Source of the DNA: an uncultured virus (IMG/VR IMGVR_UViG_3300028797_000153)
Taxonomy: Duplodnaviria; Heunggongvirae; Uroviricota; Caudoviricetes
IMG/VR virus record: IMGVR_UViG_3300028797_000153
Reading direction: 5' to 3' (one strand)
DNA: 64,000 nucleotides
A model generated the notes under the pieces. That model was given only the letters and a program-made list of their open reading frames with translations. It searched no databases and was not told the origin of the DNA. The position numbers were made by a program, and so were the translations under genes. Positions 25,335 to 36,749 of this stretch are shown here, piece after piece. Numbering within the stretch: the stretch's first letter is position 1; each line of letters starts with the position of its first letter.

Positions 25335-25696
25335 TGATATTTGACTTTGATTTACGTGAACAATATGCTCAATCATTAACTATTGCAGATTTTGGAAATA
25401 CTTGTATTCAAGGTATTGATGGTGAAGGTAATGAGCATTATTTAATTCTTAAAACAGTTATGGGAAAAACTCATATTTTAGAATTTGGCCCTATCTGTCC
25501 TGATATTGAAATGCTCGTTCCAACATTTAAAATATATTATTCAAAAATGACCTATAGTGAAAAGAAGCTATTTAAAGAAATTGATCTATTCTTAAATGAT
25601 AAAAAGAAAGGTTTAACAGAAGCTAAGGAAATAGATATTGAAGAAGGGTTATCCTATATTCCAGCAATATCAATGGCATTCTTAAATAGTCTATAA
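25334..25696 (+). CDS. Hypothetical protein
   Basis: Coupled ORF. Confidence 0.75.
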   Translation: MIFDFDLREQYAQSLTIADFGNTCIQGIDGEGNEHYLILKTVMGKTHILEFGPICPDIEMLVPTFKIYYSKMTYSEKKLFKEIDLFLNDKKKGLTEAKEIDIEEGLSYIPAISMAFLNSL

Positions 25697-25710
25697 TTGA
25701 AAGGATTTTT

Positions 25711-26079
25711 ATGGCATTAATTGATGTAAAAGAATATTATCTTAAAATGTTTCAACAATATGTCGAGTTAAAAAATGATATGGCAGATTTTGAACAAGCA
25801 TTTAAAGATGGACATATTACTGAAGATAAGTTAGTTGCTGTTCAAGATGACTTAGCACAAGTTAAAATAAATTGTGATAGATTAGCTTATATCATGTTTC
25901 TTATTGAAGCACCTCGAAGAAAAGCTAAAAAAGAAAAGTATAAAAAAGCTAACAGTGATCTTGTTAAAGCCTTTGAAGAGCTACATGCTGATGAGCAGTC
26001 TGTAATTGATGAAAACACAAGCCTGTTAAAACACCTTAGAGCAGAGCTTACAAAACTAACAGAAGAGGATAAAAAATAA
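25711..26079 (+). CDS. Hypothetical coiled-coil protein
   Basis: RBS; terminator 26081-26128. Confidence 0.75.
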   Translation: MALIDVKEYYLKMFQQYVELKNDMADFEQAFKDGHITEDKLVAVQDDLAQVKINCDRLAYIMFLIEAPRRKAKKEKYKKANSDLVKAFEELHADEQSVIDENTSLLKHLRAELTKLTEEDKK

Positions 26080-26200
26080 GATTATTCTTGGGTGAAAACT
26101 AAAAACTAACCCAAGAATAATTTTTTTAATAATTTAATAATTTAATAATTTATTAAAATTTATTGTATAATAATATAGTATATAAATTGGAGTGTTTTAG

Positions 26201-26929
26201 ATGTCAAAAATTATAACAGATATTGAATCATTAAAAACACCAGTTAAACCACTTGAGTTTTTAACTGATAAGGGTGTTGAAAAAGAAGAAGGGCTTTCTA
26301 TTATTGCCCAATTAAAAGAAGAATTGAATGCAGATGAACATTTGCTTGCTTTATCTGCTCCACAAATTGGTATTAATGCAAGAATTTTTTGTATCAAATT
26401 TAATGATGTAATTAAAACTTTTATTAATCCAATTATTACAAAGAAGTCTGGAAGTATTATTGCCCCTGAAACTTGTGCTAGTATGCCTGGTAAAGAAATT
26501 GTAATTAATAGACCAGAAGAAGTTACTGTTGTTTATTATACAGATGAATTTAAATATGAGGATAACAAGCTCTTAGGGCCTGCTGCTAGAATTTTTGATC
26601 AGCAAGCACAGCTTTTAGATGGTGTTACACCAGATGAACTTGGCCTAGTTTCAGATGTTAAAGAAGATGGTTCTTTATATGATGCAACTGATGAAGAAAT
26701 GCAAGAAATTATTGCATATTATAAAGATACATATATTCCTACATTATCTAAAAAATATAAAGAAGCTATTGAAAGCCACCCAGAGCTTGCACAAAGATAT
26801 AATAATTTAAAAGCAACTGAAGAAGTTATTAATGGTCGTATTACCGTTGTTGAAGATACACCAAAACTTAATAGAGCAACCAGAAGAGCGCTAGCTAAGA
26901 GACAAAAACGTGCTGGAGGGAAGAAATAA
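26201..26929 (+). CDS. Peptide deformylase homolog lacking catalytic HExxH
   Basis: LSAPQIG, FINP, ETCASMPG, ARIFDQQAQLLDG. Confidence 0.8.
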   Translation: MSKIITDIESLKTPVKPLEFLTDKGVEKEEGLSIIAQLKEELNADEHLLALSAPQIGINARIFCIKFNDVIKTFINPIITKKSGSIIAPETCASMPGKEIVINRPEEVTVVYYTDEFKYEDNKLLGPAARIFDQQAQLLDGVTPDELGLVSDVKEDGSLYDATDEEMQEIIAYYKDTYIPTLSKKYKEAIESHPELAQRYNNLKATEEVINGRITVVEDTPKLNRATRRALAKRQKRAGGKK

Positions 26930-27150
26930 TGAAAGAAGAATACATTAAAAATTTCAACAAAGTAATTGTCGGTATTATTCAAACTGATGATGAAGGAAAC
27001 CAAACAGGTAGAATGTTTAATAGCAGAAAAATTGTTGGTTATTATACTGTAAAAGATAACCGCACAAGAAATTTTATGCTTCAAATTGTATCTGAAGGAA
27101 ATACTCTTGCCAACTTAATTTATGAAGAATTAAATAAGGGAGGCAAATAA
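26929..27150 (+). CDS. Hypothetical protein
   Basis: Coupled ORF. Confidence 0.7.
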   Translation: MKEEYIKNFNKVIVGIIQTDDEGNQTGRMFNSRKIVGYYTVKDNRTRNFMLQIVSEGNTLANLIYEELNKGGK

Positions 27151-27151
27151 T

Positions 27152-27316
27152 ATGGAAAAGAAAATTATTAGTTTAGAAATTCCAGGCACATTACGTGAAG
27201 CCCTTCGTATTGAAGCTTTTAAACGTGATGTTACTATTTCAGCGCTTATAAGGCAAATTCTTGAAGAAAAATTACAAGATACTATTAAGGAGTGCAATGA
27301 TAAAATTGCTAAATAA
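27152..27316 (+). CDS. Ribbon-helix-helix DNA-binding protein (54 aa, absent from track)
   Basis: MEKKIISLEIPGTLREALRIEAFKRDVTISALIRQILEE; GGAGG RBS. Confidence 0.7.
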   Translation: MEKKIISLEIPGTLREALRIEAFKRDVTISALIRQILEEKLQDTIKECNDKIAK

Positions 27317-27333
27317 TTATTAGGAGGTACTTT

Positions 27334-29181
27334 ATGGCAGAAGATTTAAAAAGTAAAAAGCTTCTAGTAATTGTTGAATCACCAAACAAAGTAGCCCACA
27401 TTAAAGAATATCTTAAAAATGCTGGTTATAATGTAAGTGTTACTGCTTCTGTTGGCCATATTATGCACTTAGCTGATGGCGGAAGCTACTATAACTCTGG
27501 CATTAGTCCAAGCAAAGATTTTGAACTAAACTTGGAAGTGGCCGATGATAAGCATCAAGTTGTAAATAAACTAAAAGATGCTATTAAAACTGCTGATTTA
27601 GTTTATTTAATGACCGACCCAGACCGTGAAGGGTATGTTATAAGTTGGAGCTTGGTGAAGTTTTTAAAGATCCCAAAAACTAAATATAGACGTGCTGTAA
27701 CACATGAAATTACTCCTAAAGCAGTAGTTCATGCTATTGAAAATCCTATTCCTATGGATGATAATTTAGTTGATGCTGGTTTAGCTAGAATGACACTTGA
27801 TAAAATGATTGGCTACAGACTAAGCCCAATTTCTAAAACTTATGTTGGTGCTAAATCTGTTGGTAGATGTCAATCAGTTGGCCTTAAACTTATTGCAGAT
27901 CGTGAACGTGAAATTCAAAACTTTAAGCCTGAAACATATTTTGATATTTATCTAAACTTTGTTAAAAATAATACAAAATTTAAAGCAAAATATGCTGGCA
28001 ATGAAAAAATTGGAAATATAGATCACTTAAAATCACAAAAAGAAGTTGATGCTGTTAAAAAGAATTGTACAGGCAAATATGTTATTGAAGCTATTAAATC
28101 TAAAACAAAAGAAGAGGCTCCAAAACCACCTTTCTGTACTGCAACATTCCAACAAGAAGCTGCAAGTAAATTAAACCTAAAAGTTAAAGATGCTATGGCT
28201 ATTGCTCAAAAACTATTTGAAGCTGGCTCAATTACTTATATGCGTACTGATGATACAGAATTTGCTCCTGAATTTATCCCTATCCTACAAAATTATATTG
28301 AAACTACTTATGGTAAAAAAGCATGGACTAAACCTCGTGTTGGTAAGAAACAAGAAACAGCCCAAGCTGGCCATGAGTGTTTAAGAATTACAGACCCAGC
28401 TGTTACACCAGAAAAGTATGCAAAACTTGACCCAAATGCTTTAAATCAAAAAGTTTATAAGCTTATTTGGCAAAGAACTATTGCTGCAGCTCTTCCAAAT
28501 GCTAAGATTTCTGAAACACAATACTTAATAGATAATAATGGTGAAAAATTTATCTTAACCTCTAATGAAATTACAAGTTTAGGTTATCGTGAAGTATATA
28601 GCTATAAAGATGACGATGACAAAGAGGAAAATGGAGTTGTTAAAGAAACATTTACCAAAGGCGAAGAACTTAAAAAATGTTCCCTTGATGATGTTAAAAA
28701 AGAAACTAGACCACCAGCAAGATATACAGAAGCTACTTTAATTAAAAAGCTGCAAGCTACAAATGTTGGTCGTCCATCTACATATGCCACAATTGTTGAA
28801 ACTGTTTTAAGTCAATCAAGAGGCTATGCTGAACTTCAAGATAAAGCTATTGTTCCAACTGAAAGAGGTATGCAATTAGCTGCTTTCTTAGATAGAACAT
28901 TTAATAATATTATTAACATAGATTATACTAAAAACATGGAAGAAAATTTAGATAAAATTGCTGATGGCAAGATGAAAAAGCTAGATTTTCTTAAAGAATT
29001 CTATAATACACTTGAAAATACAATTAAAAACAGCACTGAAATAAAAGCTGCTTCACAAACAACTGATGAGGTATGTCCATTATGTGGTGCACCAATGGTT
29101 ATTAGAAGAAATAAATATGGCAACTTATTCTTAGGTTGTTCAAAGTATCCAAAGTGTAAGGGCATTAAAAATATAAACTAA
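27334..29181 (+). CDS. topA: DNA topoisomerase IA
   Basis: IVESPNK, DPDREG, GRCQS, ITYMRTD, GRPSTYA, one zinc ribbon. Confidence 0.95.
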   Translation: MAEDLKSKKLLVIVESPNKVAHIKEYLKNAGYNVSVTASVGHIMHLADGGSYYNSGISPSKDFELNLEVADDKHQVVNKLKDAIKTADLVYLMTDPDREGYVISWSLVKFLKIPKTKYRRAVTHEITPKAVVHAIENPIPMDDNLVDAGLARMTLDKMIGYRLSPISKTYVGAKSVGRCQSVGLKLIADREREIQNFKPETYFDIYLNFVKNNTKFKAKYAGNEKIGNIDHLKSQKEVDAVKKNCTGKYVIEAIKSKTKEEAPKPPFCTATFQQEAASKLNLKVKDAMAIAQKLFEAGSITYMRTDDTEFAPEFIPILQNYIETTYGKKAWTKPRVGKKQETAQAGHECLRITDPAVTPEKYAKLDPNALNQKVYKLIWQRTIAAALPNAKISETQYLIDNNGEKFILTSNEITSLGYREVYSYKDDDDKEENGVVKETFTKGEELKKCSLDDVKKETRPPARYTEATLIKKLQATNVGRPSTYATIVETVLSQSRGYAELQDKAIVPTERGMQLAAFLDRTFNNIINIDYTKNMEENLDKIADGKMKKLDFLKEFYNTLENTIKNSTEIKAASQTTDEVCPLCGAPMVIRRNKYGNLFLGCSKYPKCKGIKNIN

Positions 29182-29298
29182 TATTTTATTTTAATAAAAT
29201 AAGCTGGCCATTTAGCTGGCTTATTTTTATTTTTAGGCTAAACAATCGCTAAATTAATTGATTTGAAAATGAATACTGAAGGAGTTATAGATTAATAT

Positions 29299-30342
29299 AT
29301 GGCAAAAGGATCAATTACTGCTGAAGAATTACAATTAAGTCAAGCATGGCTTAAAACAGTATTCTTTCCAGCTCTTCATGATAATACTGACTATTTAGCT
29401 AATGGTAGTAGATACACATTATGTAATGCTTGTAAAGCAATTTATAATTTTATTTGCCAAAAACAATGGATTGATATTTCAGGATATATTTCTGATTTAG
29501 CTGGCATGCACTATAAAGTTGTTGATGAACGTACCCCAGAATCAGGTAATAACTGGTATGGAAGTTGGTATAAGGTAAGTGCTTCAAAACTTTATAAATT
29601 TTTTGCAAATATCTGTCGTGTCAAACAAATTTGGTGGGAAGATGATGAACATACAAAAGAAGAAATGACAGCATTTTTAAGCACACCAATGGGAAAAACA
29701 CTCTGGGAATTTGGTTGCTTTATTAGCCAAGATGATAGTGCTACAAAAGTTAATATCAAAACACCAAGTAATTCAGCACCACGCCAACAAAGAGCTTCAT
29801 CTGGTTCCAGTAGTGGTTCAGCAGGTTCTGGCTCTAAACTTAATAAAGGTAATGCAGGTGGATTACTTGCACAAGATAAAGAAATTATTAATCAAACTGA
29901 TATGTATTGGATTTGTGGTGAATTTGCTACACCAGGAAAAACAAAACCAAGAATTCATGTTAGCCCAATTAATCAACCAGCTCCACTAAAAGTTAAATAC
30001 AATTCTGGACAAGGTTTTGATGATTGTATTTTATATTTTACTGATAAAATTGAAGCTACAGCATTTATGGCAAAATGTGATGCTGCAAAACCAAGTACTG
30101 TTGCAAACTTAGAAGTTAAACGTGTTAGTACTGATCCTAATGGTTATTTTAAAGTTAATACTGAATTTGGTGAAGCATATATTAAAGCTGCCAAATTACA
30201 TGAAATGCTTGAACAATTAGAAGAATCATCAGAAGAACATGTACTTGAAGAGATTGATGAATCTTTCACAAGCATCCCAGAAGTTACTACAGAAAAAGAT
30301 ATTATGGAAGCATATGATGCACTATGCAGATTTATGGACTAA
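29299..30342 (+). CDS. Hypothetical, putative virion-internal protein
   Basis: First gene after GCTAAATTA motif; acidic tail with LxE sites. Confidence 0.7.
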   Translation: MAKGSITAEELQLSQAWLKTVFFPALHDNTDYLANGSRYTLCNACKAIYNFICQKQWIDISGYISDLAGMHYKVVDERTPESGNNWYGSWYKVSASKLYKFFANICRVKQIWWEDDEHTKEEMTAFLSTPMGKTLWEFGCFISQDDSATKVNIKTPSNSAPRQQRASSGSSSGSAGSGSKLNKGNAGGLLAQDKEIINQTDMYWICGEFATPGKTKPRIHVSPINQPAPLKVKYNSGQGFDDCILYFTDKIEATAFMAKCDAAKPSTVANLEVKRVSTDPNGYFKVNTEFGEAYIKAAKLHEMLEQLEESSEEHVLEEIDESFTSIPEVTTEKDIMEAYDALCRFMD

Positions 30343-30354
30343 GGAGTAAATAAA

Positions 30355-31947
30355 ATGAAAATTAAGCGTGTACAAAAATTAGTTGAAGAAGCAGTTAAAG
30401 TTAATAATACACCGAACATTGAAGAAATTGCTAATGCAAGCCGCCCATGTTGGTGCCTTGAATTTATTGGAGCACAATCTGGTTTATTTTTTGATAATGA
30501 AGAAGAAGCTAGAGCTGCTTTTAAAGATTTAAACGTTCCTGAAGATATTCCAGAAAAAACTGGTGATGTTGTTCTTTGGTATCTTAATCCAGATAAAAAT
30601 GATTATGATAAAGATATAGTTCTTGATTATATTAGAAACCCACTTGGAAAAAGTGAAGAAGAGCTTAGAATGTTAGGAATTACTGAAAAATTAAATGAAA
30701 AAATAGCAATGAAAGAAGCTGAAGGCGACCAACCACTTGATATTGAAGATGCTTCAGTTAAAGATGTTACTACTGATATTATTCAAGGTGCAGAAGAAGC
30801 TGGTGTTCCTGTAAACCCAGAAGCAGCTGCTGAAGAAGCTCAAAAAGTTTTAGATATTGCTGATGCTGTTGATTTTGATCTTAATCCATATGCAAAAATG
30901 ACTGCAAAACCAAACTTAGTTACTCGTGCACTTCAAAGGTCACTTACTACAGCTATTAGAAACCGCTTATCTGGCCTTGGTAGAAAGGACTATCCAAATA
31001 TTATCATTTATGGATTAGCTGGTTTTGGTAAAACTTCTATCGTTCAATCATTCTGTGATGCCCATAAAAATGCAGCAGGTGACGCTGGCTTACACTTATT
31101 CCCATGTGATGCTAAAACACTTGACTCTGCAACTGTTGGTGGTATTCCATATCCAAAGAAAAATGATGAAACTGGTGAAACAACACAATCACCAATTGCC
31201 TCTGATTACTGGAAAAACCTTGAATTACCAAACACAATTTTATTCTTAGATGAATTAAACAGAGCTAATGCAAGAGTTAGGGGCACACTTTTAACACTTA
31301 TTAATGAGCATAAATTACCTGCCTATATTGAGGATCCAGAAACAGGTAAAGTTAAGAATGAAAAATTCTATGAAAATATCTTATTTACTGTTATTGCAAT
31401 TAACCCAGCTAGTGATGTATTTGAAGGTGCAAACCCATTAGACCCAGCTGAAGTTTCACGTGTTGTTGCAAGTATTGAACAAAAACCAGATATTAGAGAC
31501 TTCTTAAATCTTTTAGATGGTATTTATGGCAGTATTAAAAATCTTACTACTTTACACCCAAATATTAAAATGGCATATGCTGGACAATATGACATTGCAA
31601 GAGCTATTTTAACTGATAGATCATTCTCTTTTGATAACGCTGATGATGTTAAAGCTATTTATAAACGTCAACGTCAAGGACAAGTTGGAAACTACTTAAA
31701 TTATCGTACTTTCTTTGGTATTTTATTAAACTGTGATGGTACAAAGAATGACTACTTTGATGCATTAGAAATTTCTGGTATCCAAGAATCTAAGGTACAA
31801 TTAATTAAAAATATTTTAGCAACATATACTGATAAACAAACAGTCGGTAATCAAATCTTTGATACAACTGCAAGTGCTTCCCGTGTAAGAACAACTCAAC
31901 TTGATGTTGAATCTGCATTAGCTGATTTTGAAGCATCACTTAAATAA
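30355..31947 (+). CDS. MoxR-like AAA+ ATPase
   Basis: GLAGFGKT, ILFLDELNRA, AINP, LDPAEVSR. Confidence 0.85.
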   Translation: MKIKRVQKLVEEAVKVNNTPNIEEIANASRPCWCLEFIGAQSGLFFDNEEEARAAFKDLNVPEDIPEKTGDVVLWYLNPDKNDYDKDIVLDYIRNPLGKSEEELRMLGITEKLNEKIAMKEAEGDQPLDIEDASVKDVTTDIIQGAEEAGVPVNPEAAAEEAQKVLDIADAVDFDLNPYAKMTAKPNLVTRALQRSLTTAIRNRLSGLGRKDYPNIIIYGLAGFGKTSIVQSFCDAHKNAAGDAGLHLFPCDAKTLDSATVGGIPYPKKNDETGETTQSPIASDYWKNLELPNTILFLDELNRANARVRGTLLTLINEHKLPAYIEDPETGKVKNEKFYENILFTVIAINPASDVFEGANPLDPAEVSRVVASIEQKPDIRDFLNLLDGIYGSIKNLTTLHPNIKMAYAGQYDIARAILTDRSFSFDNADDVKAIYKRQRQGQVGNYLNYRTFFGILLNCDGTKNDYFDALEISGIQESKVQLIKNILATYTDKQTVGNQIFDTTASASRVRTTQLDVESALADFEASLK

Positions 31948-31965
31948 TTACGAGGTGCATAACTC

Positions 31966-32733
31966 ATGGGAATTTATGAAAAATTATTAGAAGCAAGCGG
32001 TAAATTAAATGATGCTGCTTTAACAAAACAACTTGTTATTAAAATGCTTATTGATGAAGGCTATGGCACTTATGCTAAACGCCTTAAAGAATATACATTT
32101 GTAGTAGCAGATGTTTTTCATGGTTGCCCAATTGAAGTTGCTGCAATGTTCCCAGACACTGGTGAAATTGTTATTAACCCATCATTTTTAGTTGATGCAC
32201 CAGATGGAAAAATTTTCAAGCAGTTAAGCTTAGTTGTTAGACATGAATTATTACACTTCTTACTTGTTCATGAAAAAAGATTTTATGATCATTTAAAGAA
32301 GGTTGACCCAGAATTTGAAAAAACATATAGACGTGCTTCAATCCATGAGCTTGCTAATATTGCTATGGACTGGGAGCTTTCACAACGTGGTTATGATGAC
32401 TATGATAAAGAAGTTGCTCATAACTTAACATTAAATGGCCGTGTTCTTGGTGGTTTAGTTCTTTCTATGGATAGACCTGAATGGATTGATAAGCCTATGG
32501 AAGAAATTTTTGACTTATTAAGAAAAGAACGTGAAGATGCTATTGCAGAAGCTGAAAAACTTGCTGAACAAGAAGAAATTGAAGTTACTATTCACAGAGC
32601 AAGCCATTCCCCAGAGTATATTGATGCTTATAATAAAGTAATTAAAAAGTATGATGATGAAATTTATTCTGATGCAGATCTTGAAGCTTTAATTACTGAA
32701 TTAGAAGCAGATAATGATATTAATATTGACTAA
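31966..32733 (+). CDS. Putative metallopeptidase (DUF2201 N-terminal-like)
   Basis: INPSFL, RHELLHFLLVH, NIAMD. Confidence 0.75.
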   Translation: MGIYEKLLEASGKLNDAALTKQLVIKMLIDEGYGTYAKRLKEYTFVVADVFHGCPIEVAAMFPDTGEIVINPSFLVDAPDGKIFKQLSLVVRHELLHFLLVHEKRFYDHLKKVDPEFEKTYRRASIHELANIAMDWELSQRGYDDYDKEVAHNLTLNGRVLGGLVLSMDRPEWIDKPMEEIFDLLRKEREDAIAEAEKLAEQEEIEVTIHRASHSPEYIDAYNKVIKKYDDEIYSDADLEALITELEADNDINID

Positions 32734-32744
32734 GGAGGCTTAAT

Positions 32745-34247
32745 ATGACACAAGAAGAAAGAAAAGCTGCAAAAGAAGCCTTAGCTGCAATATTAAAAGC
32801 TAGAGCAATGTCACAAATTCCAGCAGGTCCAGGTGGAGGTGGTATTCCAATTCCTCCAGGTTTAAAAGTAGATGTTGATGTTGACCCAGATTTACTTGAA
32901 CCAAAAACAACCTCAAATGGTGATAATGGTCCAAAAATGAAAATTAATGACCCTGATAATGTTTTAAAAGATAAAAATAAAAATAATCAAGGTGCTAATA
33001 ATAATCAACAAAGTGGTAGTCAACAAGGTGGTCAAGAAAGCGGCGAAGATCAGCCACAAGGCGGAAGTCAACAAGGTTCTGATGGTCAAAACCAAAATGG
33101 TTCCCAAGATGGTAGTTCACAGGGTGGTAGCCAATCTGGTGAAAAACAAGATGGTAAACAAGGTGACAAACAAAGCGGACAAGGTGGTCAACAGGGTGAA
33201 AAAGGTGAAGAAGATGCTGGCGGACCAGGAACTCCTGACTATAATGGTGGCTGGAATAAAGTAGTTGACCAACTTAATAGTGGTGAAATCGATAATATCC
33301 GTAATGCATTAGATAAATTAGGTCGTGGACAATTAGATGGTGTTGATCCTAAAAACCAACAAGAAGTTAAAGGAGCTAAGGATGCTTTAGGCCTTGCCTT
33401 AGCTGCTCAAAATAGAAAACTTAGAATGAGCAAGGAAGAAAAAGAAGCTCTTGAAGAAAAAGGATTAAAAATTCCAGCTAATGTTGAAATTGATGATGAA
33501 ATTAGGTCTGATGAGGAAGAAGAAGAGTCAGAAGAAGATAAACAAGCTAGAATTGACAGAATTAATGATCCAAGTGAAATAGAACAAGATATTGAAGATA
33601 TTATTACAGACGTTGACATCAGACAAGGCGATATTACAAGAGCTAAAGAAGATGAAAAACGTGCTATTGCTGAAAAGAACAAGCTATTAAACTTTGCTGA
33701 TTTTGAAACAGACCTATTTGATGCTGTTAGATCACAAATTGGTGAAGCTAAAACACCAGATGAAACATACTTAAAAGTTAACCCAACATATGCTGATAGT
33801 GATTTATTAATGCCTGGAATGGATTATCCAGATGTTAAAATGAAACCAATTATCTATGTTTATGTTGATCAATCTGGTTCATTTGATGATAATGATATTA
33901 AAGTTGCCGAAGAAGCAATTTCTACCCTTTGGGACTTTGAACGTAGGGGCAAAATTGAAACTAGAATGTTCTTCTTTGCTAACCACGTTTTTGATAATCC
34001 TCGTGATGCTCGTCGTGAGGGTGGAACACATGCTTTCCCAGATATTCTTAGACATATTAATGATAGTGATGCAAATAATATTATTGTCCTATCTGATGCT
34101 GATTTTGATGGACAAACAAATTGGCAAACATGCGGAAACGTTGGTGTTAGAGGTTGTGTCTGGTGGTTATGGCGTTATGGAAATAGATCATGGAAAGCCC
34201 CAGAACACTTAAGAGGTGAACTTGGCAATTTCCAATATAAACTATAA
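32745..34247 (+). CDS. VWA-domain protein with G/Q-rich linker
   Basis: YVDQSGS, GGT, LSD MIDAS-like motifs. Confidence 0.75.
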   Translation: MTQEERKAAKEALAAILKARAMSQIPAGPGGGGIPIPPGLKVDVDVDPDLLEPKTTSNGDNGPKMKINDPDNVLKDKNKNNQGANNNQQSGSQQGGQESGEDQPQGGSQQGSDGQNQNGSQDGSSQGGSQSGEKQDGKQGDKQSGQGGQQGEKGEEDAGGPGTPDYNGGWNKVVDQLNSGEIDNIRNALDKLGRGQLDGVDPKNQQEVKGAKDALGLALAAQNRKLRMSKEEKEALEEKGLKIPANVEIDDEIRSDEEEEESEEDKQARIDRINDPSEIEQDIEDIITDVDIRQGDITRAKEDEKRAIAEKNKLLNFADFETDLFDAVRSQIGEAKTPDETYLKVNPTYADSDLLMPGMDYPDVKMKPIIYVYVDQSGSFDDNDIKVAEEAISTLWDFERRGKIETRMFFFANHVFDNPRDARREGGTHAFPDILRHINDSDANNIIVLSDADFDGQTNWQTCGNVGVRGCVWWLWRYGNRSWKAPEHLRGELGNFQYKL

Positions 34248-34284
34248 TTAATGTATAATATAATATAAAAATAGGAGTTAAACT

Positions 34285-34716
34285 ATGGAAAAACAAATTC
34301 TTAAAGAAGAAGAAATTACAACTGAATTACCAAAAGAAGATTTACCAATGGATTTTGTTACATCTTTTGTTAGTAAATCATGGGATGAAGTTGGTGTATT
34401 AAAAGCAAGTATTGAAGCAATTTCAAAAGATTTCAATAATACAGAAAAAGTTGTTAGTGTTTTACAAGATTTAGCTGATGCATATTTAGTTTGTATTGGC
34501 CAATTGGAATTATTCTTACATAAAAATGATTATTTAACAAAAGAAGTCATAGCAGAACCAGAAATTGCAGCCCCAATTGAAGAGCCTGTAATTGTTGCTC
34601 CAGAAGCTCCAATTGTTTCAGAAGTTCCTGTTACAATTGAAACTCAACCACTTACAGAAAGTACTGAAGAAAAAGCTGATTTTGAGCCATTTGAGTACTT
34701 CTGTGATTTTGAATAA
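34285..34716 (+). CDS. Acidic hypothetical protein
   Basis: AGGAG RBS. Confidence 0.75.
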   Translation: MEKQILKEEEITTELPKEDLPMDFVTSFVSKSWDEVGVLKASIEAISKDFNNTEKVVSVLQDLADAYLVCIGQLELFLHKNDYLTKEVIAEPEIAAPIEEPVIVAPEAPIVSEVPVTIETQPLTESTEEKADFEPFEYFCDFE

Positions 34717-34869
34717 TTAAATAAAGTAATAGTCAAGAAAAACAACAGTAAATTACTGTTGTTTTTTATTATATTTGCTAAATTATATGATATCAAGGCT
34801 GTTGCTCTTATCCTTTCATCAGCAGCTTTGGTATCACTGAAGTAAAATATTGTAGTATTGGAGCACTAT

Positions 34870-36729
34870 ATGGAAAATAAAGAATTAATTGAAGATATGT
34901 TAGATGAAGCCTCAAATTTAAGTGCATATGAAAAAATGGACCTTTTTAATAGAGGCCAAAGAAGAGAAAATGTTAAGGCTTGTGGTGACCAAAAGCTTTT
35001 TGATTATCGTAGAATTTGTCAAAATAATAATTTTAATGTTGCACTTGACCAAATTGAAGCTGAAATGGTAGCAAGAGGATTAATTTCTACATCACAAACA
35101 AGATTAGCACAAACTTCTGCAGCACAACAATCAAATGCTCCAAAATTAATTAGTATTATTGCAGAAGATTTTTATATTCCAGATGCATTATTTGTAAAAG
35201 AACATCCAGAATCAAAAGCTATTATTGAACGCTATATGGCAGAAACAGGCACAATTAAAAAAGCTATTGTTGCCCTTATTTTTGCTCTTTGTTTAAAACA
35301 CCCACAAGAAGTTATTGATGAATTAAAAACATTTATTACTGTTAACTGTGGTATTTCTAAAAATGAATTAAAAGCAATTATTTCAAGTTGCTTATCCGAC
35401 CCAGAAATCTTAAAACGTATTGAACTTTGCGTTCGTGGTGCTTTAAGTTATCATGAAGATTTAGAAGAAGGAAAGAAAAAGAAAAAACCATATTCTTCAA
35501 TGTCAATTACAACTGGTGATATTGCTTATAATATTGCACAATTTAATAAACGCATGGGCACTAATTTCCCAGGTAATGATAATAATAACCCAAGTACTGC
35601 TGAAGCACAAGCTGCTGCTGCAAAAGCTAATAATGCAGTTAGCGATGGTGCAGGTGATGCTTCATCAAGTAGCTCTGCTGGCGAGGGCTCTGGTATAGCC
35701 TCTGGTGGTGATGCTGGAGCATCAGCTGGTGAAGGTGCTGGAATGGGTGAAAGCCTAAAAGAAGGTAAGAAAAAATTTGCAGATGTTTTAATTAAAGTTG
35801 CTAAAGAAGCTGCTAAAAAATATAATGAACTTGACCAAGCAGAAAGAGACTGGCTAGAACAAGCTGGAACCTCTATGATTTTTGAAGATCAACCAGAATA
35901 TTCAGAAATTCTTGACCCATTAAATCATTTTGATATTGAAGATTTAAAAGCTAATGGCATTAATACTGAAGATGAAGATTCAGCTTCTGATGATGCCTTC
36001 TGAGCTTTAGATAATAATTTCTGGGAATTTACTAAATCAGCAACTGAAAGCTTAGAAGCAACTGTTGACCAAGATTTAAATGATAATAGACAACCAGAAA
36101 ATGAGTTTGATTTAGAATTTGATAAACCACTTGATGCGAATGAAGTTAGAAAACATGAGGCTGGAATTGAAGAAGATTTGGACCCAATGAAAGCTTGGTA
36201 TGATGCTGCTCTTGCTATTGCTAAACAAAATAATAAACCTGTTATTTATGGTTATTTTTCAAAAGGTAAATATAATCAAGTAGACCCAATTATTTGTGAT
36301 GATATGATTGCTTGTAATAGAGAATTTATGAAAAAATATCATCCAAGTGGAAGTATTTTAATTGCATACCCAGATAAACCATTTGTTGAAGAAGTTAATG
36401 AAGGCTTAAAAGAAGAGCTTAAAAAAGTTACTACTGAAGAAGATTTATTTGACTTATACTATAATAACTGGCTTGACTGCGATGTAGACATTGATGATTT
36501 GCATGGTAGTTTTGAAGATGGTTTAAGTGGTAATGAATTTGATGAAGATGCAGCTTTAGAAATTTATGGCTGGAGTGATGCTTATGATTATCTTGAATCT
36601 ATGTATGATTTAGGTAAAGATATTCATGATAGAGGTTTACAAGCAGTAGTTGCAGATGAAATTGCAAATAGAGACCCAAATGATCCAGATGATAAAGAAT
36701 TACTTGAAGATACAGATATTATAAAATAA
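34870..36729 (+). CDS. Acidic multi-module protein, 619 aa (one TGA=Trp at 36001)
   Basis: Track ORFs 34858 and 36178 are in frame and joined by an open stretch. Confidence 0.75.
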
Positions 36730-36749
36730 AGTATAGAGGAGCATATAAG

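Noticed and set aside
32990..33230. G/Q/S-rich low-complexity stretch as a tandem repeat element
   Set aside because: Ordinary disordered linker typical of VWA partners of MoxR ATPases.
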